A DNA stretch of 64,000 nt. Origin: Syntrophorhabdaceae bacterium. GTDB lineage: Bacteria > Desulfobacterota > Syntrophorhabdia > Syntrophorhabdales > Syntrophorhabdaceae. The position numbers and the translations under genes are program-made. The stretch is from contig CAXXUO010000003.1 of NCBI GenBank assembly GCA_963666485.2, forward strand, positions 192,001-256,000. The letters are read 5' to 3'. The notes under the pieces are model-generated. The model was not told the origin of the DNA and ran no database searches. It saw nothing but the letters and a program-made list of their open reading frames with translations. This document shows positions 59,566 through 64,000 of this stretch, piece by piece (the first letter of the stretch is position 1; each line of letters starts with the position of its first letter).

Positions 59566-60684
59566 ATGCGGCGGATACAGCTCGACAGGATACGCGATAA
59601 CTGGCAGAAGAAAGTAGAGGACATCGGCTTCTATTACTACGAGATCGACGGGTCTCCCTACTGGGATGAGTCCGCATACTACCAATTCACCTCGGACCAG
59701 ATAGATCATCTCGAAGAAGTGACCGACGACCTTTATGCCAAGTGCAAAAAATTGGTGGACTATGTTTTCCAGAATAACCTCGGCGAGCGCATGGGCATAC
59801 CCGGACCTTTTTTTGAATTTGCCCGTGACTCATGGCGCGATAGAGAACCTACCATTTACGGGAGATTCGATTTCTGGTGGGACGGGGTGTCCGACCCAAA
59901 GCTTCTCGAATTCAATGCCGATACGCCGACTGCTCTGTTCGAGGCAAGCGTCGTGCAGTATTACTGGCTGCAGGATATGTTTCCCGGTAAAGACCAGTTC
60001 AACTCGATCCACGAAAAGCTCCTCGATGTCCTCGGTGGCAAGATCCGGCGGTACTGCTCATATGAAACGTTGTACACATCATCCGTGCGGGATAACCTGG
60101 AGGACCTGACAACGACGGAATACCTCCGCGACGTCGCGACGCAATCGGGTCTTAAGACCGAGCACATATACGTTGACGATATCGGATATGATAATGCCAA
60201 CCGGTATTTTGTCGACCTGGAGGAAAGGCGCATCCGCTGTATGTTCAAGCTCTATCCGTGGGAATGGATGATCCAGGAGGAGTTCGGGTCGCATCTGCTC
60301 GAGAGGGGCCTCGCCCTGTTTGAACCCGCCTGGAAGATGGTACTCAGCAACAAGGCCATTCTCCCGATACTCTGGGAGATGTACCCGGGGCACAAGAACC
60401 TTCTGCCGTCCTTTTTTGAACCGCGGTCGAACGGGGTGACATATGTCGAAAAACCCTTCTTTTCCCGGGAGGGCGAGGATATCGTGGTGCGCCCGCATTT
60501 CAGCCGCGCGAAACCCCTGTCGATCTACCAGGAATATCGGCAATTGCCCGCATTTTCGGGGAATTACCCCGTGATAGGATCGTGGGTCATCGACGAAATG
60601 GCTGCCGGCATAGGTATACGCGAAGATACGAGTCCCATAACGAACAATATGAGCAGATTCGTCCCCCATGCTTTTGATAATTAG
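59566..60684 (+). CDS. Glutathionylspermidine synthase family ATP-grasp ligase (YgiC-like)
   Basis: Motifs YWDESAYY, YGRFD, LEFNADTPT, FKLYPWEW, EPAWK..LSNK and SRFVPH. Confidence 0.93.
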   Translation: MRRIQLDRIRDNWQKKVEDIGFYYYEIDGSPYWDESAYYQFTSDQIDHLEEVTDDLYAKCKKLVDYVFQNNLGERMGIPGPFFEFARDSWRDREPTIYGRFDFWWDGVSDPKLLEFNADTPTALFEASVVQYYWLQDMFPGKDQFNSIHEKLLDVLGGKIRRYCSYETLYTSSVRDNLEDLTTTEYLRDVATQSGLKTEHIYVDDIGYDNANRYFVDLEERRIRCMFKLYPWEWMIQEEFGSHLLERGLALFEPAWKMVLSNKAILPILWEMYPGHKNLLPSFFEPRSNGVTYVEKPFFSREGEDIVVRPHFSRAKPLSIYQEYRQLPAFSGNYPVIGSWVIDEMAAGIGIREDTSPITNNMSRFVPHAFDN

Positions 60685-60704
60685 CGAAGAGAGAGGAGAC
60701 AAAA

Positions 60705-61139
60705 ATGACACAACCTGCAGATAAAGCTTTTGAATTCGGGGAGAAGGAAAACGAACTGCTCCTCAAATTATCGAAGGACCTGGCACGGCTCGGCATAGCG
60801 ATACTGATCGCCGGCATCCTGTTCGTTCTTTATCTCGTTGTCTCCTACATCGACCCCGCCTCTGTCGTTGAGGTAAGCGAAGCCCGCCACGCGGCGCTGT
60901 CATTTCTCGATTATTTTGTGTGGGGACTTATAGCACTGCTCGTAATTTACATAAGCATCACGGTCATCAGGCTCGCCATACCCATCAAAATGATCGCGAC
61001 AACATCCGGTCTCGACATCCCCTACCTCATGAACTTTGTCGAAAATCTCGGGACCCTCTCCCGGATATCGTTTGTCAGCCTCGTGGTCATTTGCGGGCTG
61101 ATGATCGTCAGCCTCATCTTGCTAATATTGGTCTTTTAA
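60705..61139 (+). CDS. Hypothetical membrane protein (about three TM helices)
   Basis: GAGGAG RBS and hydrophobic segments. Confidence 0.7.
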   Translation: MTQPADKAFEFGEKENELLLKLSKDLARLGIAILIAGILFVLYLVVSYIDPASVVEVSEARHAALSFLDYFVWGLIALLVIYISITVIRLAIPIKMIATTSGLDIPYLMNFVENLGTLSRISFVSLVVICGLMIVSLILLILVF

Positions 61140-61142
61140 AAG

Positions 61143-61560
61143 AACGTTCTACGTTCTACGTTCTGCGTCAAAAAGTCAACGACCTAAGAGTGCCACGCCA
61201 CGTCCACGAAAAAAAGTATTATAAAACCTGCCGTCATTCCCGCGAAGCGGGAATCCAGTGTCTTTTCAGTTGGTTTTAGGCCATTCTCTGGGTGCCTTGC
61301 ACAAGAGAAAGCAAACATTGTAAACGACCTATAAAGACCAAAAGACAAAGACGCTAGATTCCCGCTTCGCGGGAATGACGACCGGTGTCTTGGCATGCTT
61401 TCGTTTACTATCGCGGGAATGACGGCCGGTATCTTGGTGTTTCGTGCTATATCTCGACACTTCTACCCGTACACGATATCCCGGCATAAGGAATAATTCC
61501 ACCATGTCGTGACACTTACCACGCAGAACGTAGAACGTAGAACGCAGAACGTAGAACGTT
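61143..61560. repeat. Composite intergenic repeat: inverted heptamer blocks enclosing REP-like palindromes
   Basis: (GTTCTAC)n at 61143-61168 and (GTAGAAC)n at 61521-61560. GTCATTCCCGCGAAGCGGGAATCCAG lies at 61233-61258, with an inverted copy at 61354-61379 and a partial copy at 61411-61424. Confidence 0.85.
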
Positions 61561-61561
61561 T

Positions 61562-62818
61562 TTATCTATACAGCAGCGCTTGCGTCCTGTACCACGCCAG
61601 GGTGGCGTCGAATTTTTGGAGGTAGATCTGGGTTTCGGACGGAATGGCGGCTGTCCAGTTGTCGCCGTGCCTTTCCATGCTCCCCCGGGTCCTGCCGGGG
61701 CCGCAGTTGTATGCGGAGGCGAGGAACCTTCCCAAGGCCGCCGGGTCTTCAAGCAGGCGCTGTCTGCGGGTATCGCTCAGCACATACATGTCGGCATCGA
61801 AAAGAAGGAAAGAGGCTTTCGCAGCATTTTGATGGTCTTCCATACCCCGAACAAAATCCCGGTTGAGCCCGGCAGCGGGATACAGGTTCTGAATCCTTTT
61901 GTATGTGCCGGGAATGAACTGGAAGAGGCCCATCGCGCCGGCCTTCGACCGCGAATACCGATAGGCGTTCTGCCTGTTGGTGCCCAGGATAACGAGAGTT
62001 TCATTGATGAGTTTCTCGGGTGTGTATTTCCCGCTTAAGAATTTGCCGGGATCGATATGCTCGATGATGGCGAGGACGACTGATATGTCATCATCGATGA
62101 ATGAATTGCATGACCGCGGAAATACCCGCCGCTTGAGAAGATCGTCCTTGGCTTCACCTATGATGTACCGCAGGTAATCGAGCCCTGCTTTGCGGACTGC
62201 AGGTATGTCGATGCCTTCGGAATACGGTGTGTAAATGACCTCCTTGAAACCGCTTCCGCTGCGGACGGGCCGCTTCAATGCAAGCACGACATGATGTTCC
62301 TGCGAGATGATCGTGAATTTCGTATTGACGCCATTGGCCTTACCCGGCTCGATGACGGCATTTTCCGCGCGGGCGCCGAGTCTCGGGTGAACCCTGACGA
62401 TCTTGATCTCCCGTGTCGGCACATTTTCGACCGCCAGGAGTATCGTGAATTCCCCGAGTTCCGGTCTGCCGTATGTTACCACGGTCTTGTACTTCTGACC
62501 CTTTTTCCCCTTTTTTCCAACCTTGATCTTCTTCACGGATTTTACGCGCACGACCTTAAAGCCGCAGGTGGCCTTTTCCAGCATTGCCCGCGCCCGCGTG
62601 ATATCTTCGAAAATATTGAAATTTATATTATCTCTTTTGCCTGTCGGTGATGCTATCTCTATTGAATCCTCGACCTCGGCCTCGATCTCTTCCTCGCTGC
62701 CCATTGTCTGGGCATGCAAAGGAATAGATGCGGGGAACGGCCCGGGAACGAACAGGACGAGAAGGATAGCGAAACATACTGTACTGATCGATCTTTTCAG
62801 AAACGGCCCTCTCTGCAT
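61562..62818 (-). CDS. Exported protein with a C-terminal lytic transglycosylase (SLT-like) domain
   Basis: Signal peptide; motifs SKAGAMGLFQFIPGT, ASAYNCGPG and ETQIY. Confidence 0.8.
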   Translation of the reverse strand: MQRGPFLKRSISTVCFAILLVLFVPGPFPASIPLHAQTMGSEEEIEAEVEDSIEIASPTGKRDNINFNIFEDITRARAMLEKATCGFKVVRVKSVKKIKVGKKGKKGQKYKTVVTYGRPELGEFTILLAVENVPTREIKIVRVHPRLGARAENAVIEPGKANGVNTKFTIISQEHHVVLALKRPVRSGSGFKEVIYTPYSEGIDIPAVRKAGLDYLRYIIGEAKDDLLKRRVFPRSCNSFIDDDISVVLAIIEHIDPGKFLSGKYTPEKLINETLVILGTNRQNAYRYSRSKAGAMGLFQFIPGTYKRIQNLYPAAGLNRDFVRGMEDHQNAAKASFLLFDADMYVLSDTRRQRLLEDPAALGRFLASAYNCGPGRTRGSMERHGDNWTAAIPSETQIYLQKFDATLAWYRTQALLYR

Positions 62819-62827
62819 AAATGCGGG

Positions 62828-63838
62828 TTATTCAGTTGGCTCATAGACGTACTTTCCCGTTGTGTCGATATAACCCCATTTCGACCCGGACTGGACACGC
62901 GCGAGCCCTTCCGAGAAGGGATCGATGTAGTCGTATACGGGTTTGATCACCAGGTTGCCGGTGCGGTCGATAAAACCCCACTTGCTGCCCACCTGTACGC
63001 CGGCAAAGCCTTCCGTGAACCGGTTGACCTTCTTGAACTGCGGGCTTATCACGAGCGCTCCCGTCTTGTCGATAAAGCCCCATTTTCTCTTGACCTGGAC
63101 GCGGGCAAAGCCGTCGGAGAACCTGTTCGCATTCCTGAATTGCGGCTGAATGACAAAGATATCCTGTTTGTCGATAAATCCAAACTTTTTATTGAGGACG
63201 ACGGGAGCAAGGCCTTCCGAGAAGGGGAGGGCAAAATCGTATACCGGCTGCATCACCACCTGGCCGGAATGGTCGATATAACCATATTTCTTTCCGATAA
63301 GCGCTACGGCAAGGCCATCGCTGAAACGGGATATTTCTGCATATTTCGGTTCGATGACCGTCTTGCCCGCTTTATCGATAAATCCCCACTTACCGTTCAC
63401 CCTGACGCCCGCAAGACCTTCGGAGAACGGCTGTGCATCGTTAAACACTGCAGCAACCACAATGTTGCCTGTTTTATCGATATACCCCGATCTGCCTCTT
63501 ATCGTTACCTTTGCCATGCCGTCTGAAAAACGCTCGGCGCTGTCAAATTGCGGTTTAATGACCACAGCACCTTCACTGTTGATGTATCCCCATTTTCCAT
63601 TGAGCTGAACCCGTGAAAGCCCCTCGGTGAAAGGGTACGCCGCTTCAAAGCGGGGTTCGATCACTATCTTCCCCGTCCTGTCGATGAACCCCCATTTCCC
63701 GTCCCGGGATATGGCGAATAAGCCGGCTTTCTCCTTATTTTCGAAGTCCAGCTGGGGATACGCAGCAGGTGCAAGAAAGAATGTGGCGAGCATAGAGATC
63801 AGGACGGCCAGCGAATATGCCCTTGCCCTGTTTTTCAT
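62828..63838 (-). CDS. WG-repeat (KWG) exported protein
   Basis: Signal peptide followed by repeats of FSEGLA.V...KWGFIDKTG. Confidence 0.93.
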   Translation of the reverse strand: MKNRARAYSLAVLISMLATFFLAPAAYPQLDFENKEKAGLFAISRDGKWGFIDRTGKIVIEPRFEAAYPFTEGLSRVQLNGKWGYINSEGAVVIKPQFDSAERFSDGMAKVTIRGRSGYIDKTGNIVVAAVFNDAQPFSEGLAGVRVNGKWGFIDKAGKTVIEPKYAEISRFSDGLAVALIGKKYGYIDHSGQVVMQPVYDFALPFSEGLAPVVLNKKFGFIDKQDIFVIQPQFRNANRFSDGFARVQVKRKWGFIDKTGALVISPQFKKVNRFTEGFAGVQVGSKWGFIDRTGNLVIKPVYDYIDPFSEGLARVQSGSKWGYIDTTGKYVYEPTE

Positions 63839-64000
63839 AACCCGTTCCTCCTGTCATGGTGATGAAAATACGCCGGCCCGGTCCCCGGCTTTTAAAATCC
63901 CGGCTAAAGTTGGTACTGTTCCTAATCATAGCATATCCTCGAAGAGAGCCGCAAAGGTTTATAGAGGGTTAAATAACCTGTGGACATGAGGGCACTGATC

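Noticed and set aside
62828..63838. DNA repeat array
   Set aside because: The periodicity is explained by WG protein repeats within a coding sequence.
1..64000. Selenoprotein genes (in-frame TGA plus SECIS), suggested by the selC fragment
   Set aside because: The broken genes examined are explained by frameshifts or truncations. No TGA aligned to a conserved Cys was noticed.

Overview
This is a 64-kb window from a bacterium rich in signal-transduction genes. Gene content and heptamer intergenic repeats suggest an anaerobic Desulfobacterota (Syntrophorhabdus-like) organism, but that is an inference. The left part (about 1-36 kb) is a patchwork of decayed mobile DNA mixed with sensory genes. 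It holds a truncated methylase/nuclease pair, a tRNA-Sec (selC) 3' fragment acting as an att site beside an integrase remnant, and a frameshifted hybrid kinase. It also holds a cluster of BRO-N antirepressor fragments, each centred on a DNA palindrome, followed by an excisionase, a serine recombinase, a three-gene Lamassu (ABC-3C) defence system and a putative Abi gene. Further along are an intact IS256 with an 8-bp TSD, three tandem Cys-rich microproteins missed or misframed by the ORF track, an SphA/GlcD/PAS-LuxR module, half of a chemotaxis cluster (STAS-cheA-mcp-cheW), and KilA, WYL and terminase-small-subunit-like remnants. The right part (about 36-64 kb) looks more chromosomal. It holds a CusRS-like two-component system whose sensor and two downstream exported proteins share a small two-Cys module. 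It also carries a flavin oxidoreductase, a thioesterase, a CHASE hybrid kinase, the second chemotaxis half (mcp-like, cheY, cheR, cheB), an adenylate cyclase, glgP, a YgiB/YgiC-like pair, REP and heptamer repeats, a lytic transglycosylase and a WG-repeat protein. The best candidates for new biology are the palindrome-centred BRO-N cassette array, the shared-module two-component locus and the CxxC-x16-CC microprotein family. No rRNA, intact tRNA or CRISPR array was seen. All family assignments come from recognising motifs by eye, not from database searches.
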